A DNA stretch of 63,549 nt, filler included, from Moniliella sp. 'wahieum' (lineage: Eukaryota): assembly GCA_003971905.1 (NCBI GenBank). It is 3 parts of 3 records of this genome, joined end to end, with 100 filler letters (N's around TTAATTAATTAA, not from the genome) between each part and the next. Parts side by side here need not be neighbours in the genome. Positions count along the whole stretch, not along the records: positions 21,087 to 43,080 come from RSEE01000188.1; 2 more parts are not named here. One strand, given 5' to 3'. The notes under the pieces are model-generated. The model saw only the letters and a list, made by a program, of their open reading frames with translations, was not told where the DNA came from and made no database searches. Positions 23,942 to 35,615 of the stretch are shown piece after piece. The stretch's first letter is position 1, and every line of letters begins with the position of its first letter. The position numbers and the translations under genes are program-made.

Positions 23942-25075
23942 GGTGTGCCGAGGGATAGTATGGGCTGGGCAGGAGGATGCGGGTGGAAGGGAGGAAAGGA
24001 GGGCAGAGGGGAAGACGTGTCGGTATATATACAGCGTCCAAGTGAAGGGTGCATATGGGAGGAGCGTGAGAGGGCGTCGGAAGAGAAGGAGAAAAGGCAC
24101 CGGCGCAGTGTAAAACACAAGGACGGCGAAACGGCCTGTGGAACAGATGCGTCGGCACTGGAGCGCAGTAGGAGAAGGCCACTCCTCTGCTCCCTCGTCT
24201 CGTGCGGCGCTCGGAAGCTCCGCACCCTCTGAACGTCCCAGCCAACTCAGTGCGAGAGTCTCTCGTGCCTTTCACCCAGTCCTCGAGCCGATCGGCGCTG
24301 GCTCCTATACTACTTACTAGAATCCGGCCCAGCTTGAGTCCTCGCCAGAACAAAATCATCTCGCGAGTGGAGACCCGCTGTGGCCTTCCCCGTTGCTCTC
24401 GCCCCCCGACATGGCGGATGAGGCGGACACAATGGCCAGGATGGCATGGTGCCAAAGGGACGAAGAGGGACCGATGTCCACAACGAACACCAGTCGGTAC
24501 AATGAAAGGGAGGAGACAGGGCAACTGAGTAATGATATGCGCCCACACTGAGCGATGACGCGAACGATCTGCTGCACAGTATATATTAGTACCACCGCAT
24601 ATGAGTACTGCGAGGATCATGCATCTCTTCGAGTGGTTACGGACACATCCAATCGCTGGAGCATACCACTCTGCAGCCAGGGACTCCACGGGTCCACAGT
24701 GCTTCAAATGGCAGATGAAGACGGAAGAGTGAGGCCAAGATGTACATCATGATCTCCTTTCAATGTCTCCTCTCGATCATATTCCTTCTGTCGCCGGTAT
24801 ACTCGCCCCCCAAACGCACATGGATTGCAGCGGGGCGAGGGCAAAAGCCTGTCCGATCCGACTGGGCGTCTGCCATTCCTACTACAGACTTGGCCCAGCC
24901 ACCCCAACCTTCCAACACGCAGATGATGAGCAAACAATATGCATATGAGTGTGGTCCACCAGTGCCACTGGCGCCTGTGAGCACAAGTAGACTTTTTGAG
25001 AGGGGGCCAGTGCGGGCCCCCAAGGCATCGGGGGAGGGGAGACAAACGAGGGACGAGGGTAGCACCAGGCACGTA

Positions 25076-28000
25076 CTATACCGAGTCGTCGTTTGCAGGC
25101 GGCACCGCCATCCCGAAGGGCCACGGCCGCCGAGGTATCTTGCAGGCGAGCGAGGGGCAGGGCCATGTTCATGTCCTTGCCGAGAAGAGCGAATGGTTGT
25201 GGAGTGCGGCCAAGCCAATGTCTCGTACTCGCGAAGAAGGGTGCGCACCTGCTTCACCACCATGCGAGGGAAGGCGTGGCACTCCATCCGGTCCAGCAGC
25301 CACTGCCGGCGTCGAGGTGGCCGGCAACGAGCTCGACTTGGATCATGACAAGGTACGTCGACGTGTCGCGGGCGGTGGAGTGCCATGGGTTGAGCGTGGC
25401 CGCCGCTGGTGGCGGCGATCGTGGCGGAGCGGGGCGGGGGAGGTGGAGGTGGAAATGGGATGGCAGTGGGCATGGGAGGGAGGGGGGCAGTGCGGGAGGG
25501 GACACGCATCGGCAGGAGGCGGGGAGGCGGCACGATCCACCTCCGGCGGCATGATGTCGGCGTAGGACGAGGGCATGGGGTGGGCGGCCTTCATGGCGCC
25601 AGTCGGTCGTGCGGGACGGCTTGGACGTCGTGCGGTCGACCTTGTCGCGCATCGAGGCAAACACCTTGCGCGCCTCGGCCACGCCTGCTCGCCGTCGACG
25701 CCATACGCACGCAGGACCACGTTGGCGTGGTACGGCGTCAACTCCACCCCTCGGCCGCGAGGCGCTGCGTAAAGTCATACAGCACATCCAGCTTCTTGTG
25801 GTGGGCGTACACCTCCATCATCGCCTGGTGGCACAGCGCGTCGGGCAGCGACGCCGCAAAGCGCGTGCCCGACACCTGGGTGATCGAGTCGTAGATGCCC
25901 TGCGCCTGTGTCGATGTTGTTGGTGTGGATGCCGTACGCGGTGATGAGCGTGGCCAAGTGCATGGCCTCGATCGCGTTGGCGTCGCGAATCTGGTCAAAA
26001 CGTCTCGAGCAGCTTCGTTTCGTCCACCGGTTCGATCGACCATACGCGTCCAGCAGCAGCTTCCATGTGTAGCCCGCGAAGACGAGGTGGTAGGACCGCA
26101 TCTGCTCAACGTACTGCAGCACCAAGTCGCGCCTGCCGTTGCGGACAAAGCAGCTGAGCAACGTGTTGTAGGGCGCCGTCGTGGGCCGGAAGTGGTCCAT
26201 CTCGCGCAGCCGTTCGAAGAAGAAACAGGCGCGGGGGATGTTGTTGCGGCGGGCAAAGACGGTGATCAGGGCGTGGTAAGTGGCCTTGGAAGGCGGATGC
26301 GGTAGTCCCGCATCAGCTTGTAGTAGTCCAGCGTCTCTTTGCCCCGGCGCGCGCGGCCAGGTGGGGTGATGATGGCGTTGAAGAGATCGACGGTGGGCGG
26401 GACGCCGAGGCGGATCGCCTCGCTAAACAGCTCCCTCGCCACCACCACCTCATCCGGCAAGGCTGGCTCCCGCTGATCATGGCGCTGTACGCCTGCTCCG
26501 AAGGCAGCTGTCCTGCGTCGAGGAGGCGTTGGCGGTGCGCGTTGGCCATCTGGATCCGGCCCATGTTCGACAGGCACAGATCACCGCATTCTCCAGGCGG
26601 ACCCAGGCGTGGATGATGTGGGCAACCGAGTCGGTCATGTTGCGCGTGACGTACAAGCCGAGGAGGTAGAGTTTCTTGACGTTCTCCATCTCGTACCGCG
26701 CGCCGCACACCTGGATCAGCGCCGTGACGTACGACGGCGTGGGGTACCTGCCGTGCCACGCCGAGGCGCGGCGGAACTGGTCCCAGACGCGCTCCATGCG
26801 GAACTCGAGCGACTCGAGCTGAACGTCTCGTGCGCCGCCGCGCTCACCTTGGCGCTGATCTCCACCACGCGCGACAGGCGCATGGGCAGCTTGTGCGCGA
26901 TGGTTTCCAGTGTCTGCGCGTCGGTGCCGAGCGAGGCACGCGCCCTCTGCGAGATGACCGGCAGCCGCATGTTGGGTAACGAGACGGGCGGAGCAGGAGG
27001 CTCCCCAAACAGGGGCGCCTCCCATGGCATGGTATACACCGCGCGGAAGTAGTAGGGGTTCATCTTCTCGAGCAGGGGAACCACCACCTCCTCCGAGTAG
27101 CGTGTCAGCAGCATGGCAAAGGCGGCGCCCATGGGGACGAACGATGTAGGGCGCGGGGGCTGTTCGCACCACGTCGGCGCTCTCCGTGGTCCGGTCGTCG
27201 GTCGTCTGTTCTTCGTCTTGTTCTTCGTCTTGTACTTGGCCTTGTACATGTCCTTGGGCTTGGACTTGGGGCGCGGGAGCATGAGGGGCAGCAGGCGCTC
27301 ATAGTCGTCGGCCAGCATCCCGGGGCCGCGAGACGTCAGGCGGGCCAGATCGGGGTCAAAGCCTGCTCTTCATGGGCAAACGCACGGAGGAGCGTTGTCC
27401 ATTCGTCGGCGGAGAAAAGGCAGGAGGAGGAGAGCGTCGCGCTGGTGCTGAGGGACTTGGCGGTAGACCGCAGCGAGGCGAGGGGACCAGATGTCGGCAT
27501 AGGCCACGCCGCTGTTGCGGTCCGCCCGCAGCAGCAGCGACGGGTAGGTGCGCAGGAGCGGCGTGAAGGTGGTCACGGCCGCGCGGAGGAGCGTCGCGGG
27601 CGCCAACTTGGGCTGGCCGGCCGGTGGCGCATCGTCAGGCCGATCAGCTGGCACATGCGCCTGGCCACCGCGGCGGTCTTGCGTCGCAGGGTGGCCATCT
27701 TGAGCCGGTACTCGTTCGGCGAGCCGCCGAGGACCGTGTCGACGCACGCCGTCGTCCAGCGCAGCACATGCGCCAAGAGCAACGCCGCGTCGGCCGCGCG
27801 GCGCAGGCGGATGCAGTTGTCGGCGAGGAAGAGCAGGTGGGCGCTAAACTGGTCGTCTGGGGCAGGGGCAAGGCGTAGCCCTGCGCGACGCCCGAGGAGA
27901 AGGCCGTGTGGACCAAGGACAAGAGCGCCGCCAGCTGCGCGCGATCCATCTTGGCCACCACCTGCGGCGACACGATTTTCTCAAACAAGTCCAAGTGGAT

Positions 28001-30438
28001 GAACGTGTGGCGCAGACGCGCTTGCTTCATGTGGCTCGCCATGGCCCTGAGCAGATGCGCGTACAGTCCGTTTCTTGCCCTCCTCCCACAGCGCCGCATC
28101 CGCCTTGCCCAACGCCGAGTCCACGTGCAGGTTGGTCAAGGAGAGCAGAAGCTCAAAGGATGGGATGGCGACTCTGTTGTGAGTACTAAGCAAGGTCGTG
28201 TACCACGCGGTCGCAGCGGCAACCCCTGGTTGGCAGCGAGACAGACGAGCATGATGGTCACCGTGTCGCGCATGGGCGGAGGAATGTTGGACGCCGGTAC
28301 GGGAAACCGCCTTGGAAGGTATTTGGTTGGCCATGCGATCAAACACACGAAGCGCACCTCTGTCTGTCCCAAGAGGAAGTGAGCATGGATCATGCCGTTC
28401 CAGGCGAGTGCGAGAGGCTGGACGTTCTCCCACCGACGAAAGTGGCCATCGGACGTGTCGAAAAAGGGCGTTTCGAACCGGAACTTGGCTCGGTCGAGTC
28501 TGGCGACGTGCCAATGAACCAATGGTGCACCGCAGCGTCAAACACACCCTGCAACCTCTGCAGCGCCGCAACCTTCCATGCCGTGTCGGCGTCGGGGGGG
28601 GGACCAGCATAGTTCGAAAAGGGTTCGTGCCAGTCCACGTTGAGTTCGAGAGGCTGCAGCAACTTGCGGCCCACAAGCGAGGGAGAAGAAAGACGAACGT
28701 CATGGGGGTAATGGAGTCTTGTGGCAACGCGGGTGTCTTGCATCAGGTCCAACAGCTCCATCCCGGCACGGGCGTCGGATCGAGCGGCTGTGACTTCCAG
28801 CAGAGCTACATACGGCCGCGCCCGCAAAGGACGGAGGCAAGGGACCGTATTGAGGGCGTAGAGGAGAGCAATGGCAAAGTCAAAGTTGGACACTCCTTGG
28901 GAAACCACCTGGATGCCAGAAAGGTCGCGTTGCGTTGGTGCCGCCTGTTCTGCTCAGCCGAGTGGGACTCGGTAGGGCTGGAGGGGTCGTCGAGGGCCTC
29001 TGTTGCGCCCCACGTATCTTGCTCGGGGCGGAGAGAAAGAGCTGTTGCAAGACGGCGAGACGGTCTCCCTAGGGAAGAGGGAGAAAAAGTCGAGAATATG
29101 GGCAATGAACTGATTGTCAATCGGGCCATACGGGGGCGGTGGTACGAATCCAATCGAGGATCTCGCGCTTGCGCACCGTCGCAGGCGTGCAGTCGAGGCG
29201 TGTCGGACAGCAAGGAGAAGGGCAGTGATGCGGGCGTTGAAACTGGCGGGCCGTTGGGAAACCGGCACGGTACACGCCTTTTCATACAGTTCCCGGGCCT
29301 TGATCAAAGGCCCGTCGCCCGGTGCTTGGCCGGCTGTCGCAACTCGGCCCACAAGTCGTGCAGTTGAGTGGTGATGGAAACGATCGTATCCTGGTTCGAG
29401 GCCGTCAGCAGCGATCGGTTCGCTCGCATCTGCCACGAGGGCGGCGACTGGGTGGTAGAGTCGACAAGGGAACGGGCGATGCGCTGGGCCAGTGCCATGG
29501 TCGCCTCCTTGTTGATCTGGCGAAGCGGACGCTTGACAGGCCAAGGAGGTGCAACGTCATCCGGCGTCTCCGCGGGTACAAAGCGCATTGTCGTCTGCTC
29601 CGACTCGGGGGGCGCCGTCCCTCCGCCAAACCACGGGGCGTGCCCATGGGCTCGCGTGCACCAAGCGGTGGCTCTACCGGAGCCAGGGAAGCGTAGCCGC
29701 GGGATGCGATGCGCCCTGTCCGCTAGATGGCGGGGGAAGGGGGCGCGTGTGCGTGTGCGAGTGCGATTGTGGGTGTGGGTGCGGAGCGGGAGAGATGACA
29801 GACGGGCCGGAGCAGGGCTGAGGAGGCAAGGGAAGGAGGAGGAAGCCGAAGCAGAAGCGCGAGGGAGGTGCGCCAGTGGACTGCCATGCGCCGCGGCGCA
29901 CCTCCGTCCAGAGCCGGCGGCGGAGGAACACAGGTGGTGGAGGCATCGCTGGACGTGGGCATGGGAGGGACGGAGCAAAAGGCGTGTCGCAGGTGCCTGC
30001 TGTAGCGTTCGCGTCGTGGCGGCACGCGCATCATGGGGGGCATGGCCGAGAGCACGTGGGGGGGCCGGGACGCGACGCGGAGACGGACGGAGACGATGGA
30101 GGCGCGGCGCGCGGTCGTCCGGCAGGGCTAATGGGTCGGAGGGCAGCGTCTGTGCCATCGGGCGTTGGGGCAGGCGCAGCTGGCAAGGCAAAGGCAAACA
30201 GGCGCGGTGAGCAACGAGGAAGACAAAGGGGAGGGGGTGCGGACACGGGACCTACTTGGATGCTGGCGGGACAGGCGGCGGTGGAGGCAGCGGTGGAGGT
30301 GCGCGCGACAGCACCCGCGACGGTGGCGACGGTGGCGACGGTGCTAGGCGCGCGGCCGCGGGCGGCCTGTGGTGTGGCATGAGCGCCGGCGGGGGCAAGG
30401 CGTGCGAGGTGGAGGGAGACGCAGGAAGGAAGGGGCAT
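25076..30438 (-). CDS. Large mitochondrial pentatricopeptide-repeat protein (Ppr5/Rpm2-like), heavily frameshifted
   Basis: PPR motifs ARELFSEAIRLGVPPTVDLFNAII, TLDYYKLMRDYRI, FRPTTAPYNTLLSCFV, YTWKLLLDAYG, LPDALCHQAMMEVY, TPYHANVVLRAYG, RDTSTYLVMIQVEL; probable ATG 30438 and intron 30255-30180; 3' end approximate. Confidence 0.85.
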
Positions 30439-30994
30439 GGCGGGCTCCTTCGTTGCTACGTCGGGCGCGCGATGGGCACGTGTGGGGGCGGGAGGAGGGC
30501 GGCAGCAGTCGTGGTGACAGTGACGGTGGTGACGATGGTGGTGGTGGTGATGGTGGTGGTGACGATGGCGATGGCGGTGACGATGGGGCGAAGAGGCCGG
30601 CGGACACACTAACCGCCAGGAAGCGACCTGTTGGCTCGTCGCTGCTTGCTTTTTCTTGTGGCCGGCGGCTGGGAAATCTGCTTACGTGGATCAGCGGTGC
30701 CGGCCGGGTGGAGTAAAGTAAATTAGTCAGCTGCTCCGCCCGCTCTCTGGCAGCTGCCAGACCTCCTAACGCGTATTTGTTGGCCTACATCCGCGCCAAT
30801 CCAGTCCCATCGATCCGCGTGGATCCTACCTACTCTGCATCCGCCGCACCGTCCAAGGGAAGAGAAACGTCAAAATATCGTCGATTGGCGCACCACATGC
30901 ATCCCATCCATGTCTCCTGCCGGGGGGGAGGAGGGGTTAAGCAAAGCGCGAAGAAAAGAGCAGCGGAGGGGGCGCCGACAGACCCAAGATACAC

Positions 30995-33025
30995 TTAGCC
31001 CGAAGCGCTCGCGTTCTGCTGGATCAGCTCGGCGGCGATTTCGCCAATGCCATAGGTGACCGTCAGCAAGTGCTGGGACAGGGAGATGGGGGGCACCGAG
31101 GCGTCGGCGACACGCAGAGCTTGTGTGTTGTACACCGCAGCTCGTCGTCCACCACCCGCCGTGCTCAAGGGGCATCATGGCGCACGAGGAGGAAGGGTGG
31201 TACTCGGTGGCGAATTGGGAGCGAATGTATTGGTTCCAGTCGTGCTCGTTCTGTACCTTGGTGCCTGGTTGGGTTTCGTTGGCCACGTACGGCGCCAGCG
31301 TGGGGAGGTCCCAATGGTGCGCGCCAACTGGCACCCAGAACGCAAAACGTCCAGGGTCCACCTTGTTCTTTACGTAGGCCGGGTCAATCGCTGGCGGATC
31401 AAACGCATTGTCCGACGTGATCTTCACAGAGCCTTGCGACGTGGGATGCTGCAAGCCGCACTGCACCGAGATGGCCCACTGGCCAGGAACCACAAATCTC
31501 AATGGCGGGTATGTCGGCGGGTAGAGCGAGTTGGCCAACTGGCCAACGCGGCGCCGGTACCCTTCCTGCACGTCGACGGGGCATGGTAGGCCTGGACAAA
31601 CTTGTCGGTCGACGAGGTAATGTTGGAGATGACGGCCTTGGCATCCGTTACCTTGGACAGCGGACATAGGCCACCGCACTGTTGACAAACCCGTCCTGTT
31701 TCGCCTTGCCCGTCAACTTGGGCGCGGCATTTTGGCGCCCTGGGCCGGCGCAAAGTTGACCGCTCCGCTCAGGTGGTCTTGCATGTGAAAGCCGACGCCG
31801 GGTACGTTGGCCACCTGCTCAATGCCCAGCGGATCCAAGATCGACTTGTCTGCCACGCTGAAAGCTGAAGCAGCTGCGGCGATCCCATGACTCCGGCCGA
31901 CAAGATGATTCCTTGTTGGCTTGACTGTCCGCACCGTCGAATGGTTGGACTGGGCAAAACTGGACGGCGGTTTAGCGCGGGGCGGGTGGGAGGAACGGTC
32001 AAACAAGATCTTGATGGCTTGGTGGCCAACGAGCACATGGAGATTGGAGCGGCCCAGGACAGGGTCCAGGTAGCCAGTACGCGAAAAAGAGCGGGTCCAG
32101 TTGGACGGGTTGAGGGCCGAGGTGCTGAGGAAAGGGCCGGTGTTGTTGCCACTATCGGGATCCTTGTTGATCGGAAGACCGAGTGTGTCCGAAGCGCCCT
32201 GCAAAAAGGCGCCCACAGAAGGAAACGTGATCCCGGGCCAACTGGCATGCACGTTGCCTTTGGTGCCATGCGAGTTGGGTTCGTAGGCCACCACGGACGA
32301 CTTTTGCGATGCGGCGCCTTTGGCCAAGGTCCGCTGCACGCTGGGTTGGGCCGGGTGAAGATCTCGGACTTTTCATTGCGTTCAACATGTTGCTCCACCC
32401 CACGTCTTGGACGCGTCGGGGGAAATTCCGGAAACCAAGTTGGCCCAGCTTTCTTGCTCGGCAGCCGGCTGGCGAACAAAGTACATGCCGTTGATGGCAC
32501 TTGATCCGCCTACCAACAAGCCAACCGAAAAGGCGTGGTGCTGTGTTAGCCAAAAGATATCCACAACAGAAAGAGGAGAGAGAGAAAACGGCGTACCGAG
32601 AACCTTGCCACGAGGGTAGTACACAGACCGTCCACCCAACCCGGTTTGGTTGACTGTGTTGTCGGCCCAATCCTTGGCGGTATGCTCCGAGGAATTGTAC
32701 AGCATCGCACTGGGCGTCGTGATGGATGGATCGCCCTCGCCACTTTCACCCGCCTCAATTACTGCCACTGTCGTGGACGAATCCTCGGTCAAGCGAGACG
32801 CAACACCAGGCCTGCCGTGCCGCCTCCACCACGACATAATCAAACGTTGGCCATCAAACTTTTTCCCGTTGCTGCTGATGCCCGGCGGGGAGGCGCGAGA
32901 AGCGAGATGGCTTGGCGCCGTTCAAACCCGCCATGATGCGTGGTCACTTTAGCGGCGACCGCGGTCAATGCGGTGGCGAGCACAGCCAGCTGCCAACAGC
33001 CAAGTCGCATCTTGGAGGGAAGCAT
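30995..33025 (-). CDS. Secreted GMC oxidoreductase (AA3_2, glucose oxidase/aryl-alcohol oxidase-like), frameshifted
   Basis: Signal peptide MLPSKMRLGCWQLAVLATALTAVAA; VASRLTED..VAVIEAG; YPRGKVLG|GSSAINGM across intron 32596-32510; RSFSRTGYLDP; VPGVGFHMQDH; catalytic His pair TEYHPSSSCAM and SQHLLTVTYGIGE; TAA at 30995-30997. Confidence 0.92.
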
Positions 33026-34020
33026 ATGAATGACAGAAAAGAAAGTGTGTGCGGAAGAGAGGGTGGAGGGGCGGGGTTAGGGGGGAGAAGGGAAAGACGG
33101 TAGGCCGAGGAGTGGGAGGGAAGGTGGTAAGAAGGAAGAGCAAAGGGGCGATGGGAGAAGGTGGGGATGTTTAAACAAGCGATCCAAAAGAGAAGAGGGT
33201 ATATGTGGCTCCATCTCCTGCGTTTTGCATGTGGGAGATGGGTGGGTGTGGCTTCATCTGGGATCGTACAACACACACGTGGGGAGCGAGACGGGGAGCT
33301 GGTGTGATCCACGCACAGCGGGTGCGTGGATGTGGCGGCCGGGTGCTTGTCGCCGCCAGCGCATCGGAGGAGGCGAGGCGTGTGCGCGAGCGAGCACCGG
33401 CCCAAGGGAGCTAGCTGCGCGAGCGACTTTTTTGGCCAAGCATTTCCATACGACCGATATGGCCGCTGCGGCACCAGCCACGTCGGGCGGCGTCGTTCCA
33501 TCCTTCGGTGCTCTCTCGGCGGGCGAGGGGCAGGACGGAGTGGATGGGCAGACGAAAGGCGGCCAGGCGGGGTGGTGTCTGGGTGCCACCTGGGGCCAAG
33601 CGCCATAGCACAAGCGGCCCCATGAACCATTCGCCTCGCGTCGTCGATCGATGACAGCAGATGGTCGGTGATCGCTATGCCATCTGAAAGTTGAACGCAG
33701 GACAGAAACGCCGGCGCCACCATCCATCTTTCACCGCGCGGGCGCGGCAGGGTGCGCGGTGCCCCTGTTTGTTGATCGAGTGGATATCCACCTGTGGATC
33801 TGTCATCGATCATCCCGCCGGACGGCAGACGGCCAAGCCAGGCAGCCCCAAGACGGGCCGAACGCGGCCGACGCAGTGGAGCTAGATCGGCACGAATAGG
33901 TGTTGCGGCCTGCGCACACGTTCCCTGTGCCTCTCGCACGCACGCAAGCCACTTTTGCCTTTGCCTTTCCCTTTCGGGGCGCACCCGCACGGCCCTAAGC
34001 CCTAAGCCCTTAGCTCCACC

Positions 34021-34254
34021 ATGAGCCAGCAGAGGTACCATGCCGCGCCCACCCCTCCGCCCGCAGGCAAGATCCTAAAGCAAGTCGGCACCGGCATCTG
34101 CTCCGTCTGTCGCGTCCTGTCCAAACCGCTGATCCCCCGCTCCCCCACCGCGCCCGCCAGGCAGGCCGGCCGCCAAGTCCAACTCACAGTCAAGATCAAC
34201 GTGCCCCCGCGCGGCTCGTACCCTGCCCCGCCCAATTACAACCGTGGGCTCTAG
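34021..34254 (+). CDS. Candidate microprotein (57 aa if the in-frame 60-nt intron 34105-34164 is spliced, otherwise 77 aa)
   Basis: CCACCATG context; C/G-ending codons; GTCTGT..GCTGAT..CAG intron-like segment; GCCCTAA-like repeats just upstream. Confidence 0.35.
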   Translation: MSQQRYHAAPTPPPAGKILKQVGTGICSVCRVLSKPLIPRSPTAPARQAGRQVQLTVKINVPPRGSYPAPPNYNRGL

Positions 34255-34784
34255 CGCGTACAAAAGGGGGGGGGGTCGGTCTGGGTCGGTCTGCTGCAGA
34301 CTCGCACGGTTCCTCCCCCCCCCGCCCAATCTCCTCTGCAAGCGCGAGGCCGTCTCCGGAGAGGGGGTACTACGCAGAGGTTCCGTCTGCGTGTCCGTGT
34401 CCGTCCGTCTGTTCCGGCCCTGCTTCCGTCCCTCGTGTTTCATTTCGTTCTGTCTACGTTCCCCGCACGGTATGCTGCGCCACCGATGCGATTGCAATGC
34501 ACTTTGGTACCCTGATTGGGGTGAGGGCGATGGAGCGAATGACAGGCAGGGCTTCTGTGCCTCTCGTGCTCCCATCCTCTTGCGTGTTGGGAGTGTCACG
34601 GACGGAGGACAGCCAGGCAGCACGGTGGAGCGCTGATCGCGGGACAGTAAGCGAAGCGGGTGGGTGTGGAGGGGTAGAGATGGGATCTGCCGACGAGATG
34701 TGGATGCGGCAGACACTGGAGATTGGACAAGTCGCCACGTTGTCAGATCTCAGCCCACCGGGTCAAGTAGAAGAGTCACTACTA

Positions 34785-34974
34785 GTCACGTGGCCTGAGC
34801 AAGGCAGCGCGACGGCAACCCTAGCAGAGATGCACCTGGAGATCAGCGATCGTGTCTGCCCCATCACGCATCCAGCGATGCGAACCACATGGGCGGGGCA
34901 TGGCGCGCGTGTCGCGTGCTAGGGTTGGGGCGGGGGCTGCCGCAGCGCGGGGCGCTGGTGCAGGGTAGGGTTGC
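34785..34974. promoter_or_regulatory. RPS23 promoter: Cbf1-type E-box plus telo-box/Homol E-like sites
   Basis: GTCACGTG 34785-34792; inverted pair CAACCCTAGC 34816-34825 / GCTAGGGTTG 34918-34927; AGGGTAGGGT 34962-34971. Confidence 0.6.
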
Positions 34975-35076
34975 GCGCGCGAGCGCATCGGTGCGCGGCT
35001 GGAGGGGTACCGGTTAGGCCGGTTCGGATCCCACACCAGCCGGCCGCCTCCATCACCACCACCGGCTGGCAGCACG

Positions 35077-35615
35077 ATGGGCAAACCCAGTGGGCTGAAC
35101 GCGGCGCGGAAGCTGCACACGACGCGTCGGGAGAACAAGTGGGCGGACAAGGCGTGGAAGAAGCGTGCGCTGGGCAACTTCTACAAGTCGTCCCCTACGG
35201 CCGGCTCGTCGCAGGCCAAGGGCATCGTCCTTGAGAAGGTTGGTGTCGAGGCCAAGCAGCCCAACTCGGCCATTCGCAAGTGCGTGCGTGTGCAGCTCAT
35301 CAAGAACGGCAAGAAGGTCGCTGCGTTTGTCCCGCATGACGGGTGCCTCAACTTTGTCGACGAGAATGACGAGGTGCTGATCGAGGGCTTTGGCCGCAAG
35401 GGGAAGGCCAAGGGTGACATTCCCGGTGTGCGCTTCCGCGTGATCAAGGTATCGGGTGTGGGTACGTACCAGTCTCGTCTTGTTGGCCTCGTGCGCTCAG
35501 AGGGCTCCCGGTTGTTGTCTGGTCGGTCTGCTCCATGTGCTGATACTGACCCGTCTCCCCCTGGTTCCAGGCCTCTACGCCTGTTCCGCGAGAAGAAGGA
35601 GAAGCCCGTTCCTAA
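35077..35615 (+). CDS. RPS23: 40S ribosomal protein S23 (uS12)
   Basis: [13 protein letters not shown]...[34 protein letters not shown]...GDIPGVRF; intron 35462-35570 (GTACGT..CTGAC..CAG); last exon reads [15 protein letters not shown] if one C is restored in each of two C-runs. Confidence 0.97.

Noticed and set aside
28312..29367. Long ORFs such as 28312-29367(+), 32965-34041(-), 56292-57359(+), 16937-17926(-)
   Set aside because: Antisense shadows or low-complexity open frames expected in GC-rich DNA; no recognisable motifs.
25076..33025. Calling the fragmented PPR and GMC genes (and others) pseudogenes or programmed frameshifts
   Set aside because: Motifs are intact on both sides of each break and essential RPS23 shows the same slips; assembly error is simpler.
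30995..33025. GMC oxidase as the H2O2 source of a cluster with Ccp2/AIF/OYE
   Set aside because: It lies on a different contig; linkage is not shown.
34021..34254. Resemblance of KQVGTGICSAGRQVQLTVKINV to the uS17 N-terminus
   Set aside because: Too short and the rest of the OB fold is absent; not assigned.
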